A DNA stretch of 64,000 nt from Candidatus Limnocylindrus sp. (GTDB lineage: Bacteria > Chloroflexota > Limnocylindria > Limnocylindrales > Limnocylindraceae): assembly GCA_040397175.1 (NCBI GenBank), contig JBBAWM010000002.1, forward strand, positions 32,001-96,000, in the 5' to 3' direction. A model generated the notes under the pieces. The model was not told the origin of the DNA. It saw only the letters and a list, made by a program, of their open reading frames with translations, and ran no database searches. The translations under genes and the position numbers were made by a program. Every line of letters begins with the position of its first letter. The first letter of the stretch is position 1. Shown piece by piece: positions 37,984 through 48,497 of the stretch.

Positions 37984-39300
37984 TCACTCCTTATCTTCCG
38001 ACGCTACAGCCCTCTTCTGCTGAGCTCCTCGTAGTCTGCCTGCCGCGGCGTACCGCGGCTGCATCGCACCGCGCTCTGGCACGGCGCCCGGCTCATCGCC
38101 GGCTCCAAGTCGGGGGGTCCCCGGCCCCCCAGCCGCAGCCCGAAGGCGCGGCAGTTCAGCGGCGAGTGTACCCGACGCGATGGCTCTCCGAACCTCCCCC
38201 ATGAAGGCGCTCATGTGGCGCAGGTTGTGGATCGTGAGGAGGCGGTAGGCCAGCAGCTCTTCGGCGCGGAAAAGGTGCGCCAGGTAGGCGCGGCTGAAGC
38301 GCCGACAGGTGCTGCAATCGCACTGGGCATCGACGGGCTCCTCCTCATCCAGGTGTCGGGCGTTGCGCAGATTGAGGCGCCCCCCGGTAACCCAGGCCTG
38401 ACCATTGCGGGCCACCCGAGCGGGGAGAACTGAGTCAAAGAGGTCAACACCACGGAGTACCGCCTCGAGCAGGTCGATCGGTGAGCCGAGGCCCATCAGG
38501 TAGCGAACGCGTGTATCCCCTTCCAGCGCAGCAATTGTCGCGTCGATCGCGGTGTTGCGCTGCTCTGGGGTTTCGTCCCCCGCCAGGCCACCGAGATTGA
38601 TCCCGTCGAATGGCAGTGAGCGGATGTAGGTGGCAGATTCAGCACGCAGATCTGGGTTGATGCCACCCTGCGCTATACCGAAGAGCGCCTGGCCTGTTCG
38701 GTTGTGCGCGCGCAACGAGCGGACTGCCCAGCGATGCGTGCGATCCATGGCACGGCGTACCTCACGGTCGGTACTCCCCTCTGGCATCACCGGCTGATCA
38801 AAGGCAACGGCAATGTCAGGCCCGAGGGCCTGCTGCACCTCAATAGATCGCTCAGGCGTAAAGAGGTGCATCGAACCGTCGAGATGACTGCTGAACCTTG
38901 CGCCCTCTTCGTTGATGCGCATCAGCGGCCCAAGGGAGACCACCTGAAATCCACCAGAGTCGGTCAGGATTGGTCGATTCCATTGCATGAACTCATGAAG
39001 GCCACCAAATCGTTGCACACGTTCATGACCTGGCCGCAGGTAGAGGTGATAGGTATTTGCAAGAATGATTTGTGCGCCAAGCGCCTTCAAATCATCTGGA
39101 TCGAGTGACTTGACCGTGGCGTTCGTGCCGACGGGCATGAAGTCTGGTGTCTGTACGACACCGTGCCCGAGGCGCAGTTCACCCGTTCGCGCACGCGACG
39201 ACGTGTCGCGGGCGGTTATCGTGAATTGCGCAGCCCCACCGGCACGCGCTGGCAGCGTGGCCGGATCAGAGAGCGCAGCGAATTGTTCTGAACGGTTCAG
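37984..39300 (-). CDS. tgt: tRNA-guanine transglycosylase (probable CTG start at 39300)
   Basis: ARTG.L...HG...[41 protein letters not shown] zinc site. Confidence 0.93.
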   Translation of the reverse strand: MNRSEQFAALSDPATLPARAGGAAQFTITARDTSSRARTGELRLGHGVVQTPDFMPVGTNATVKSLDPDDLKALGAQIILANTYHLYLRPGHERVQRFGGLHEFMQWNRPILTDSGGFQVVSLGPLMRINEEGARFSSHLDGSMHLFTPERSIEVQQALGPDIAVAFDQPVMPEGSTDREVRRAMDRTHRWAVRSLRAHNRTGQALFGIAQGGINPDLRAESATYIRSLPFDGINLGGLAGDETPEQRNTAIDATIAALEGDTRVRYLMGLGSPIDLLEAVLRGVDLFDSVLPARVARNGQAWVTGGRLNLRNARHLDEEEPVDAQCDCSTCRRFSRAYLAHLFRAEELLAYRLLTIHNLRHMSAFMGEVRRAIASGTLAAELPRLRAAAGGPGTPRLGAGDEPGAVPERGAMQPRYAAAGRLRGAQQKRAVASEDKE

Positions 39301-40301
39301 CGCTTCCCCCAGAGTGATCCCGTATCTTTGCCGAGATGGGCGCGCGCCGCGTCGGTTACGACGCGACCTTGTGGGGTGCGGTCAATAAACCCGATCCGCA
39401 GCAGGTATGGCTCAAATACATCTTCAAGTGCGTCAGCGGACTCACCCAGCAGCGCCGCCATGGCCGCCACGCCAACCGGCCCACCATTGAACTTCTCGAT
39501 CATGACGGTGAGCAGCTTGCGATCCGTTGCATCAAGGCCCGCATGGTCGATCTGCAAACCTTGCAGTGCCTGCGCCGCAGCCTCACCAGTGATGTTCGTT
39601 GAGCCAGCCACCTGAACCTCGTCGCGAACACGGCGTAACAGGCGGTTTGCAACACGTGGTGTGCCGCGACTACGCGCCGCAATCAGCGCAGCTGCCTCAG
39701 CGGTGATCGCAATCCCGAGGATGCCGGCAGATCGGCGAACGATTGCGGCGAGATCGGCGTCATCGTAAAAGTCGAGTCGCTGCACCGCGCCGAAGCGATC
39801 ACGGAGCGGCGAAGAGAGCATGCCGACTCGCGTAGTTGCACCGATGAGCGTGAACGGCGCAATGTCGAGTCGCAGCGACTGTGCCGATCCGCGGTTGCCA
39901 ATGACAATGTCGATGGAGCGGTCCTCCATCGCCGGATAGAGCACCTCCTCGACAGCGCGGCCGAGGCGATGGATCTCGTCGATGAAGAGCACCTGTCGTG
40001 GCGTCAAGTCGGTGAGAATCGCTGCCATTTGTCCACCATGCTCAATTGCTGGACCTGAGGTGAAGCGGATTTCAACGCCGAGCTCCTTGGCAACAATGGC
40101 TGCCAGGGTGGTTTTTCCGAGCCCTGGAGGACCATGGAGGAGGAGATGGTCCGCAGCCTCGCCACGCTCGCGTGCCGCCTGCAGCAGCGTGGTGAGCGAA
40201 CGTTTCGCCTCAACCTGGCCGACGTACTCGCCGAGAGATGCGGGGCGTAGTGTGGTTTCCGCACTCAGATCCGCGGCGTCGGTTCGCGATTCGCCGCTCA
40301 T
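39297..40301 (-). CDS. ruvB: Holliday junction helicase RuvB
   Basis: [34 protein letters not shown]. Confidence 0.98.
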   Translation of the reverse strand: MSGESRTDAADLSAETTLRPASLGEYVGQVEAKRSLTTLLQAARERGEAADHLLLHGPPGLGKTTLAAIVAKELGVEIRFTSGPAIEHGGQMAAILTDLTPRQVLFIDEIHRLGRAVEEVLYPAMEDRSIDIVIGNRGSAQSLRLDIAPFTLIGATTRVGMLSSPLRDRFGAVQRLDFYDDADLAAIVRRSAGILGIAITAEAAALIAARSRGTPRVANRLLRRVRDEVQVAGSTNITGEAAAQALQGLQIDHAGLDATDRKLLTVMIEKFNGGPVGVAAMAALLGESADALEDVFEPYLLRIGFIDRTPQGRVVTDAARAHLGKDTGSLWGKR

Positions 40302-40891
40302 GCTCGCTCCTTCAGGGCTGCACGCAGGCGGTCTGCGAGGGGTTCGGCGGCAAGGGCCTTGTTGGCGGAGACGGCAGCCGCCATCTCCTTCGCCTCCCGC
40401 GCAGGGAAGCCGAGGCTTCGGAGAGCGCCTTGCAGGTCGCGATCCGCATCGCCCTTTGCGCCAACCTCAGCCTCCGCTGAGGCCTCACGGGTCATGCGAT
40501 CGCCGAGCTCAACGATGATGCGCGCTGCGAGGCGCTTTCCCACCCCCGGGGCCTTGGCGATGACCGTCTCGTCGCCATCAACCAACGCACGACGCAAGAG
40601 ATCTGGGCCGTGCGTTGCAAGCAGGGCGATGGCTACCTTTGGACCCACGCCGCTCACATCCAGCAGGGTGGCAAAGAGACGCGCCTGATCGCGTGTCGGA
40701 AATCCGACCAGGGTCTCGCTGTCTTCGCGAACGATGTGGTGCAGATAGAGTTCAAGCACCGCCCCTTCGGTCGCAGTATGCAGAACCGCTGGAAGGGTAC
40801 GAATGCGGAGACCAAGACCGTTTGCGCTGAGCACTACGGCGTCCTCCTCAATCCAGAGCACGGAACCGTGGATGTAGGCGTACACGGTCAC
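40298..40891 (-). CDS. ruvA: Holliday junction binding protein RuvA
   Basis: [33 protein letters not shown]. Confidence 0.95.
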   Translation of the reverse strand: MTVYAYIHGSVLWIEEDAVVLSANGLGLRIRTLPAVLHTATEGAVLELYLHHIVREDSETLVGFPTRDQARLFATLLDVSGVGPKVAIALLATHGPDLLRRALVDGDETVIAKAPGVGKRLAARIIVELGDRMTREASAEAEVGAKGDADRDLQGALRSLGFPAREAKEMAAAVSANKALAAEPLADRLRAALKERA

Positions 40892-41475
40892 GTCCTCCCC
40901 GTGCGCAAGGCCGCGCGCACCGCTCGGTCAAATCCACTCTCTGCGACCACCGCCGCTGCGGCAGAGCGGTCAAGGCGTGAGGATCCGGAGCGGTGTTCCA
41001 GCTTGCGCGCGCCAGCGCCCCAGAGGGCCAGGGCGAGCGCATCGGCAGCGTCATCTGGGGTTGGGGTCGTCGACAGGGTGAGAAGTTTGGTGATCGCCTT
41101 CGTCACCGCCGCCTTCGTGGCGCGACCCTCACCGGCAATTGCCCGCTTCATCTCTGAAGGTGTCGCTTCGACCACTTCAATGTTGTGGTCGGTGGCAATC
41201 AGGAGGGCAACACCACGAACGGCGCCGATCGCAACAGCCGACTGCAGGTTGGATTGGGAGAAGATCCGCTCGATGGCGATACGGTCTGGTCGATGCTCCT
41301 CAATGAGCGCGACAACGCCATCTCGCAAGATACTTAGTCGAGCACCAAGCGTCAGCGTTGCGGCGGTGCGAAGCGCCCCATGTGCAACATGAACTGGGCG
41401 GGCACCGCCAGCGTCTACAACGCCCCAGCCGAAGGTTGCCGTTCCCGGGTCGAGTCCCAGGACGCGCATGCTCAT
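40888..41475 (-). CDS. ruvC: Holliday junction resolvase RuvC
   Basis: LGLDPG, IAIE, G.ATK, DDAADALA. Confidence 0.96.
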   Translation of the reverse strand: MSMRVLGLDPGTATFGWGVVDAGGARPVHVAHGALRTAATLTLGARLSILRDGVVALIEEHRPDRIAIERIFSQSNLQSAVAIGAVRGVALLIATDHNIEVVEATPSEMKRAIAGEGRATKAAVTKAITKLLTLSTTPTPDDAADALALALWGAGARKLEHRSGSSRLDRSAAAAVVAESGFDRAVRAALRTGRT

Positions 41476-42212
41476 CCAGCGATCTCGGCAAAGACCTCGG
41501 GTGGGACCTCAAAGTTCGCCGTAACTCGCTGCACATCGTCCAGCTCTTCCAGTGCGTCGATCAGCTTGAAATTCTTGCGCGCGTCATCAGCCGACACCTC
41601 AACAGTGGATTTGGCAACGATGCCCGATTCAGCACTCTTCACCTTGATGCCGGCCGCCTCCAGGGCACCCTGCACCGAGTGAATCTCGTGGGGGTCGGAG
41701 TACACGAAGACGCGCCCTTCGTCGGCCTCGACATCCGCAGCACCTGCCTCAATCGCCGCCTCCCCCACCGCTTCAAACGAACCGAGGCATTCAATCACGC
41801 CGCGTGCTTCGAATTGCCAGGCAACGGCGCCGCTACTGGCGAGCGCACCGCCCGACTTGGTGAAGAGGCTGCGAACCTCAGATGCCGTGCGATTGCGGTT
41901 GTCGGTGGCCGCCTCGACGAGCACCGCAACGCCGCCTGGACCATACCCCTCATAGACAATCTCTTCGTAGGCGTCACTCTGTCCGAGCCCTGCGGCGCGC
42001 TCAATGGCACGTTTGATGTTGTCGTTCGGCATGTTGAGGCCCCGCCCCTTGTCAATCGCCAGGCGGAGGCGTGGATTCGCGGCCGGATCGGGGCCGCTGA
42101 TCCGGGCTGCGATGGTGATCTCGCGCGACACCTTCGTAAATTGGGCGGCACGCTTTGCGTCGGTCGCCCCCTTGGCACGCTTGATCGTCGACCATTTCGA
42201 ATGTCCAGACAT
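41472..42212 (-). CDS. yebC: YebC/PmpR family protein
   Basis: MSGHSKWSTIK, YEGYGPGG, TDNRNRT, LDDVQ. Confidence 0.97.
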   Translation of the reverse strand: MSGHSKWSTIKRAKGATDAKRAAQFTKVSREITIAARISGPDPAANPRLRLAIDKGRGLNMPNDNIKRAIERAAGLGQSDAYEEIVYEGYGPGGVAVLVEAATDNRNRTASEVRSLFTKSGGALASSGAVAWQFEARGVIECLGSFEAVGEAAIEAGAADVEADEGRVFVYSDPHEIHSVQGALEAAGIKVKSAESGIVAKSTVEVSADDARKNFKLIDALEELDDVQRVTANFEVPPEVFAEIAG

Positions 42213-42259
42213 GCGGGGAGTATAGGCGAGGCGAGCGCACTCCCCCGCAGGGACTGGCG

Positions 42260-43567
42260 TTAGGCCCGGCGAAGAAGGCGGTAGTCGCGGCGCCCCTTGC
42301 GCAGCAGGAGCGAGCCGTCGCTTAGCGGGGGAAACGAGGAGGCGGCAGCGGCACCGTCAGGCGCGGGGGCGCCGTTGACACTCACGCCCCCCTGCTCAAT
42401 CAGACGACGCGCCTCGCTCTTTGAGGTGGCAAGGCCAGCGGCGATCACAAGGTCGACCAAGGTAGTGTCAGCCGCGGAGGGCAGACCGCTCGTTGGAAGT
42501 TCGCCCGCCAGCATCTCCAATGCTTCAGCCGAGAGCGCACGAAGATCTGGGGAGCCACCCTCACCATCGCCAAACAGCGCATCGGCAACGGCTGCGGCGC
42601 GAGCCTCCACATCGGCGCCGTGCACCATGCCGGTCACCGTGCGAGCGAGGTGACGCTGCGCCCGCCGGGCGGCGGGGTTCTCCGCATGACGAGCCATGAG
42701 CGCCGCGGTATCAGCGATGCTGTCAAGGGTGAAGCGGTGCAGGAGCGACGCAACCGACTCATCATCCTGCTCCATCCAAAACTGGCGGAAGGCAAATGGG
42801 CTGGTCCGAGATGGATCCAGCCACACTGCACCCTCGGCCGTTTTGCCGAATTTTGCGCCACTCTTGGCGAGGAGGAGTGGGTAGCAGAGACCAAATGCCT
42901 GAGGGGCCCCGTCGGCGCGCTCCCCTTCGGTGCGTCGAATCAGCTCCGTGCCGGCGGTGATGTTCCCCCACTGATCGGAGCCGCCCATCTGGAGCTCCAC
43001 CCCATGCAACTTCCGCAGCATCAGGAAGTCGTAGCTTTGCAGCAGCATGTAGCTGAACTCGGTGAATGAAAGGCCGCCCTCGAGGCGGGTCTTGACGCTC
43101 TCCTTCGCCAGCATGTAGCCGACGGTGAGGTGCTTCCCCGTGTCGCGAAGGAAATCGATCAGCCCAAGTTCACCAAGCCAACTCAAGTTGTCGAGCAGCA
43201 AGGCACCGCCCTTTCCGGTGAAGTCAACGAGGGTCGCAAGCTGTGCGCCAATAGCGGCCCGATTGTGGTCAAGGGTTGCCCGATCCAGGAGGTTTCGTTC
43301 TGCAGATCGCCCCGACGGGTCCCCAATCATTCCTGTCCCTCCGCCCACGAGGGCGACGGGGCGACCACCGTGTAGCTGTAGTCGTCGCAGCGCAAGGACA
43401 CCCATGAGGTGCCCAACATGGAGCGAATCGGCGCTGGGGTCAAAGCCGATATAGGCGCTGATCGCTGGGTCTGCCACCAAACGCTGGTCGAGGCCCGCGG
43501 TTACTTCATGGACCAAGCCTCGCTCGGTGAAGTCGCGGAGCAGCTTCGAGGCTGGTGGGTTCATCAT
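42260..43567 (-). CDS. tyrS: Tyrosine--tRNA ligase
   Basis: YIGFDPSADSLHVGH, SFTEFSY, QMGGSDQWGNI, KFGKT, C-terminal S4 domain. Confidence 0.98.
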   Translation of the reverse strand: MMNPPASKLLRDFTERGLVHEVTAGLDQRLVADPAISAYIGFDPSADSLHVGHLMGVLALRRLQLHGGRPVALVGGGTGMIGDPSGRSAERNLLDRATLDHNRAAIGAQLATLVDFTGKGGALLLDNLSWLGELGLIDFLRDTGKHLTVGYMLAKESVKTRLEGGLSFTEFSYMLLQSYDFLMLRKLHGVELQMGGSDQWGNITAGTELIRRTEGERADGAPQAFGLCYPLLLAKSGAKFGKTAEGAVWLDPSRTSPFAFRQFWMEQDDESVASLLHRFTLDSIADTAALMARHAENPAARRAQRHLARTVTGMVHGADVEARAAAVADALFGDGEGGSPDLRALSAEALEMLAGELPTSGLPSAADTTLVDLVIAAGLATSKSEARRLIEQGGVSVNGAPAPDGAAAASSFPPLSDGSLLLRKGRRDYRLLRRA

Positions 43568-43591
43568 GCGCCCTATGCTACCTTCACAGCG
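43568..43591. promoter_or_regulatory. Bidirectional overlapping -10 elements driving leaderless tyrS and PBP
   Basis: + TACCTT (43579-84), 7 nt, ATG; - TAGCAT (43580-75), 7 nt, ATG. Confidence 0.65.
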
Positions 43592-46150
43592 ATGAACATG
43601 GCCTCTGGAAACTCAACCCAGCGAAGCGGCCGCCCCCGAAAACGGCTTCTCGGGGGTCTCTTCGCCCTCCTGCCCGTTGCCCTCCTCGGGGCCTGCCTCC
43701 TGATCGCCGCAATCGCCTACGGCGGCACGATTGCGATCTACGGCGTGGTCGTTAACGACCTCCCTGACCCGAAGGATCTTGACACCATCGTCCTCAACCA
43801 GAACACCACGGTCTACGACAGAACGGGGAAGGTGCAGCTCGCCGCTTTCGGATCGGATCGACGGACTGAGGTGGATTTCGCCAACATTCCGAGCATTGTG
43901 CTCGACACAACGACGGCAGTTGAAGATAAGACCTACTGGGAGAACGCTGGGTTTGACCCCCTCGGCTTCGTGGCGGCTGCACTCGACACCGTGCGAGGTT
44001 CCGGTCGCGGCGGCTCAACGATCACCCAGCAGCTCGTTCGTGGCGTGCTCCTTCCAGAGTCTGCCTTCGCTGGTAGCGTCTATGAGCGCAAGGTGAAAGA
44101 GATCATTCAGGCCATCCGTCTCACCAGAGAGTTCCCAGGGCGGATTGGCAAAGAGAAGGTGATCGCGAAGTACCTCAACAACAATTACTACGGCTCGCGT
44201 TCGTACGGCATCCTCACCGCGTCACAGCAGTACTTCGGGAAGACGCTGGACCAGCTCACGCTTGGCGAGGCGGCACTGCTCGCCGCCATCCCCCAGGCTC
44301 CAAGCACCTACGATCTCCGCCAGAATGCCGTCGTTGGCGCAGATGGAGTCATTCGCGTCCCACTCGATTCCGCCGTGGCGAAACGTCGCAGCGTGGTGTT
44401 GGACCTACTGAAATCGGCGCGTGATGGCGGCATCCCACAAGAGACCGCGAGCATTACCGACGCTGAAATCGAGGCCGCACGAACGGAAGAGATCGTGTTG
44501 ATCACCTCGCCACTCAACAAGATGAGTGCGCCACACTTCGTCAATCGTGTGCGCGACTTCCTCACGAGCATCCTCTGCACCAGTCCCGAGGGGTGCCAGC
44601 AGCAGCTCGATACTGGCGGGTACAAGGTGATAACGACCCTCGATTGGGGGATGCAGCAGGCGGCCGAAAAGTGGGCCCTCGCGGTGCGCTCCACCAAGAT
44701 CGCGAACTATCAGGCCTATCTGAAGACGATCGGCATTAAGCCCACGGACTGGCTCAAAACCATCAACGGGCTCGCGATCAACAACGCCGCCGTGACAACG
44801 CTTGATGCCCGTACGGGCGATATCCTTGCGTATGCAGGATCGGCTGACTACTACGGCCAGGCCGACGGTACCGTCTTCCAACCCGAATACGACGTACTGA
44901 GTGCTTACCGACAGCCAGGCAGTTCGATCAAGCCGATCATGTACGCCTACGCCCTCGAAGACCGTGCGGTTACTCCAGCGACGATCTTGATGGATGTGCC
45001 TGTGGACTTCGGTCAAGGCTGGACGCCAGCGAGTTCCGATGGAAGCGAGCATGGGCCGGTACGAATGCGCCAAGCGCTCCAGGGTTCGCTCAACGTGCCA
45101 GCAATTAAGGCGTTGATTCGCGCGGGCCAAGACCGCGTCTGGCGGCAGATGCGCGATGGTGCCTTCACCTTCCAGTACAACAACGAGAACGTTGCCGGCG
45201 CCTCACTCGCCATCGGTACGCTCGAGGTTCGATACGTCGACCTACTCTCCGCCTACGGCGCCCTCGCCAATGAGGGAACGATGGTTGGCCGTCGCTATAT
45301 CCTGCGTATTGAAGACCGTAATGGAGCGGTGATCTGGGAGGCACCAGCGCCGCTCGAGAGCGCCAAGCAAATCTTCGCGAAGGAGACTGCGGAGCTCATG
45401 ACCGACATCATCGCGGGGAATACGGATCCTGCGGTGAATCGTCCATGGTCGAGGCGCAAGATCATGGCCAGTGGTGGCAAGCGCCGCCCAGCGGCGTTCA
45501 AGACCGGCACAACCGACCAAACCAAGGACCTTGCGGCATTCGGGTACCTGGCCGCACCGAGCGATCCGACCGCCCAACAGCTCGTTACCGGTGTCTGGAT
45601 GGGCAACTCCGACTCCACCCCAGCAACGGTCTACTCCCTTGATTCTGCGGGTGGGCTTTGGCAGTCGTACTTCACCCAGATCTCATCGAAGCTGCCGATT
45701 GCGGACTTCGCCAAGCCCACCGGCCTCGAGGAGGTGGTCATCGACGCGAACACCGGCGAACTTCCTGGACCCTGTACCACGCTCACAACGAGCGAATACT
45801 TCTTCCCAGGGACGGCCCCAACCACCGCCTGCAGCACCACGCGCCTCCTCACAATCGATGGCGCCACGGGGCTCCTGTGGGCTGATGGTTGCGCTGGCCC
45901 GCAAATCAGTGCCAGCTATTTGGATCTGAGCGGCCTCGAATCACAGTGGCCAAAATGGCAGGCGGCGAACCTTGAATGGATTGAGCGTGCACGCCTTGGC
46001 GCGGGCATAGTCGGCGGTGTTCGTGGTGGCATGACGGCGTATTTCTACGCACCGATCTGGCAGCCAAACGGAGCTACCTGGGGCGGAACCATCGCCCCTA
46101 CCCGCTCCTGCCTTGCGCCGCCCACGCCGTCGCCGGTCCCCGCACCGTAG
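43592..46150 (+). CDS. Class A penicillin-binding protein (transglycosylase/transpeptidase)
   Basis: TM anchor, EDKTY..N.GFD, GGSTITQQL, RKVKE, YLN; SSIK, SLN, KTGT. Confidence 0.95.
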   Translation: MNMASGNSTQRSGRPRKRLLGGLFALLPVALLGACLLIAAIAYGGTIAIYGVVVNDLPDPKDLDTIVLNQNTTVYDRTGKVQLAAFGSDRRTEVDFANIPSIVLDTTTAVEDKTYWENAGFDPLGFVAAALDTVRGSGRGGSTITQQLVRGVLLPESAFAGSVYERKVKEIIQAIRLTREFPGRIGKEKVIAKYLNNNYYGSRSYGILTASQQYFGKTLDQLTLGEAALLAAIPQAPSTYDLRQNAVVGADGVIRVPLDSAVAKRRSVVLDLLKSARDGGIPQETASITDAEIEAARTEEIVLITSPLNKMSAPHFVNRVRDFLTSILCTSPEGCQQQLDTGGYKVITTLDWGMQQAAEKWALAVRSTKIANYQAYLKTIGIKPTDWLKTINGLAINNAAVTTLDARTGDILAYAGSADYYGQADGTVFQPEYDVLSAYRQPGSSIKPIMYAYALEDRAVTPATILMDVPVDFGQGWTPASSDGSEHGPVRMRQALQGSLNVPAIKALIRAGQDRVWRQMRDGAFTFQYNNENVAGASLAIGTLEVRYVDLLSAYGALANEGTMVGRRYILRIEDRNGAVIWEAPAPLESAKQIFAKETAELMTDIIAGNTDPAVNRPWSRRKIMASGGKRRPAAFKTGTTDQTKDLAAFGYLAAPSDPTAQQLVTGVWMGNSDSTPATVYSLDSAGGLWQSYFTQISSKLPIADFAKPTGLEEVVIDANTGELPGPCTTLTTSEYFFPGTAPTTACSTTRLLTIDGATGLLWADGCAGPQISASYLDLSGLESQWPKWQAANLEWIERARLGAGIVGGVRGGMTAYFYAPIWQPNGATWGGTIAPTRSCLAPPTPSPVPAP

Positions 46151-46157
46151 CTTCGGC

Positions 46158-48497
46158 CTAGAGGAGCGCGACGGTCACACCTTCTCGGCCCGGCTCGTCG
46201 GCCAAGCGCACGTCGCGAACTTCTGGAAGCTCTCGCAGTTTCTGACGCACTGCATCTCGGAGCGCCCCTGTGCCAACACCGTGGATGATCTCTAACTGCT
46301 CTCCACCAGCCATGAGTACTGCGCTAATGCGTGCCTCGAGGGCTACTAGCGCGTCTTCCACGCGTGCACCACGCAGATCGAGCTTTGCTGTCGTCACTGA
46401 ACCGGCCTGCCGCGCTGCAGGTTGGTTCGGAGCCTTCGTTGCTCCGAGGATTTTGCTGATCTCTGAGATTGGCAGCGAGCTGCGCATTCGGCCGAGGGCA
46501 ACCGTCGCAGTTGCACCATCGATCGCAAGCAGCGTGCCACGCGCCCCTGAGCGCAGGACTACATCGCTTCCAACGGCAGCCTCCAGCGCCAACGGAGCGA
46601 GACTCTCCTGCCGATCTCCCACATCACCTAGCACCGACATATCTCCTGCAGCAACCGCGCGGTCTAGGTCCGAAGCCACCGCCAGGATCTCTGGTGTGAG
46701 ACTTCCTGACTCGAGTGCGGCACGCAACTGTTCCACCCGAAGCAGGATCGCCGCGGCAGCCTCTCGTGCCTCTGTGGTAGCAGTGTGGCGCGCCTCGGCT
46801 ACCGCTCGCTCAGTTGCTCGTCGTAGTTCGACCGCCTGGGCAAGTGAATCTGCTGCTCGCTCTTGCAGCCCCTCTGCAACATACCGTGCTTCGCGAGCAG
46901 CGCGCTCGGCATCTGCGGCCGCGGTAAGTGCCGCATCGAGCGCCACACCTTGGTCACTGCGTCGAGCCTGTGCCGCGTCGAGTAGCGCTTGCGGCAGACC
47001 GAGACGCGCGGCGATCGCAAATGCCTGCGAACCTCCTGGAGCGCCAACCTCGAGGCGATACGTGGGGGCAAGGGTTACAAGGTCGAAGGCCACCGAGCCG
47101 TTAACCACGCCTGGCGTCACATGCGCATACTGCTTGAGCTCCGCATAGTGACTTGTCGCCAACACGCGGCAACCCCGCAGTCGAAGCTCATCAATGATAG
47201 CGGCCGCGAGCGCCGCCCCTTCCGCCGGATCGGTCCCCGCTCCCGCCTCGTCGAGGAGCACGACGTCACCCGACTCGGCACCGATGAGGATCCGCTGGAT
47301 TGAGGTGAGGTGACCGGAGAAGGTGCTTAAACTCTGTGCAATGGACTGATCGTCACCGATGTCCGCCCAGACGTTGCCAGTGAACGGCACCATCGACCCC
47401 GGCCCACTGGGGATCGGGAGACCGGCGTGATGCATCGCCGTGAGGAGGCCCACCGCCTTTAGCGCCACCGTCTTGCCACCCGTATTCGGTCCAGTGATCA
47501 CCAGGACGCGGCGCTCCGCATCAAGGTGCAGGCTCATCGGCACGACGGGTGGCGTCAAGAGCGGGTGACTCGCTTCGGTTAACCACAGGTCACCGCTGGA
47601 TGCGCCATCGGCGTAGAGCCACCCTCGTTCGCGCGCCACATCGGCAACAGCTCGGGCCAGATCGAAGAGCGCGAGACGTTCGCCGTTGGAACGGAGTGCT
47701 CCCGCGTCTGCACCGACGAACGCTGAGAGCGACCCGAGGATCCGCGCCTCTTCGGTAGCGACCGCCGCCTCAGCTTCGCGCACGGCGTTTCCGAGCTCAA
47801 CAACCTCAAGTGGCTCGATCCAAACCGTTTGACCCGTTGCGCTCGCGTCGTGCACGATCCCTGGGACACGTGACTTCCACTCGGATCGGACGGGCAGCAC
47901 GTAACGACCGTTCCGCACCGTGACGATGGGCTCCTGGAGGTAGGGAATGTAGTTCTTCGCATGTGCGAGCGTTTCGAGGCGAGTGCGGAGCCGCTCGAGG
48001 CTGGTTCGATGGAGGGCGCGCAACCCACCCAGGAGCGGCGACGCCGCATCGACGATCGTTCCATCAGGGGCAATGGCGCGCTCGATGGCACTTCGCAGCG
48101 GACGAAGCGGCGCAAACGCGGCACCAAGGGCGCTGAGCGTTGGGCCCGACCCAACGAGGTCGCTCGAAAGGCGCTCAACGACACGAAGCGTTTCACTCAC
48201 CGCAAAAAGCGCGGCACCATCGAGTGAACCCCCCTTGGCGCCACGCTCTGCCGCTGGTTCGAGGTCACTGGCACCGCCAATGTGGGGATCTCCCCCATCG
48301 CGCCGGAGGTCGGCGATCTCACGCCCGAGGGATCGTAGGGTCGGCATGTTGCCCCCACCCGAGGTCGGACGCAGTTCGTGCGCAAGAAGACGAGACGGGG
48401 CGAAGGCACAGGCCGCCACAAGGATGTCAAGGAGTACGGCCCATTCGAGTCGAGTAAGGGAACGCTCGTCGTAGGAGTGCCCTGTGGAATCCCTCAC
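46158..48497 (-). CDS. mutS2: Endonuclease MutS2
   Basis: ITGPNTGGKT, DIGDDQSIAQSLSTFSGH, LLDEAGAGTDP, C-terminal Smr LDLRG..IIHGVGTGAL. Confidence 0.96.
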   Translation of the reverse strand: MRDSTGHSYDERSLTRLEWAVLLDILVAACAFAPSRLLAHELRPTSGGGNMPTLRSLGREIADLRRDGGDPHIGGASDLEPAAERGAKGGSLDGAALFAVSETLRVVERLSSDLVGSGPTLSALGAAFAPLRPLRSAIERAIAPDGTIVDAASPLLGGLRALHRTSLERLRTRLETLAHAKNYIPYLQEPIVTVRNGRYVLPVRSEWKSRVPGIVHDASATGQTVWIEPLEVVELGNAVREAEAAVATEEARILGSLSAFVGADAGALRSNGERLALFDLARAVADVARERGWLYADGASSGDLWLTEASHPLLTPPVVPMSLHLDAERRVLVITGPNTGGKTVALKAVGLLTAMHHAGLPIPSGPGSMVPFTGNVWADIGDDQSIAQSLSTFSGHLTSIQRILIGAESGDVVLLDEAGAGTDPAEGAALAAAIIDELRLRGCRVLATSHYAELKQYAHVTPGVVNGSVAFDLVTLAPTYRLEVGAPGGSQAFAIAARLGLPQALLDAAQARRSDQGVALDAALTAAADAERAAREARYVAEGLQERAADSLAQAVELRRATERAVAEARHTATTEAREAAAAILLRVEQLRAALESGSLTPEILAVASDLDRAVAAGDMSVLGDVGDRQESLAPLALEAAVGSDVVLRSGARGTLLAIDGATATVALGRMRSSLPISEISKILGATKAPNQPAARQAGSVTTAKLDLRGARVEDALVALEARISAVLMAGGEQLEIIHGVGTGALRDAVRQKLRELPEVRDVRLADEPGREGVTVALL

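Noticed and set aside
43409-43591. N-terminal extension of the PBP overlapping tyrS
   Set aside because: Overlaps the opposite-strand gene; the leaderless ATG at 43592 fits the promoter geometry.
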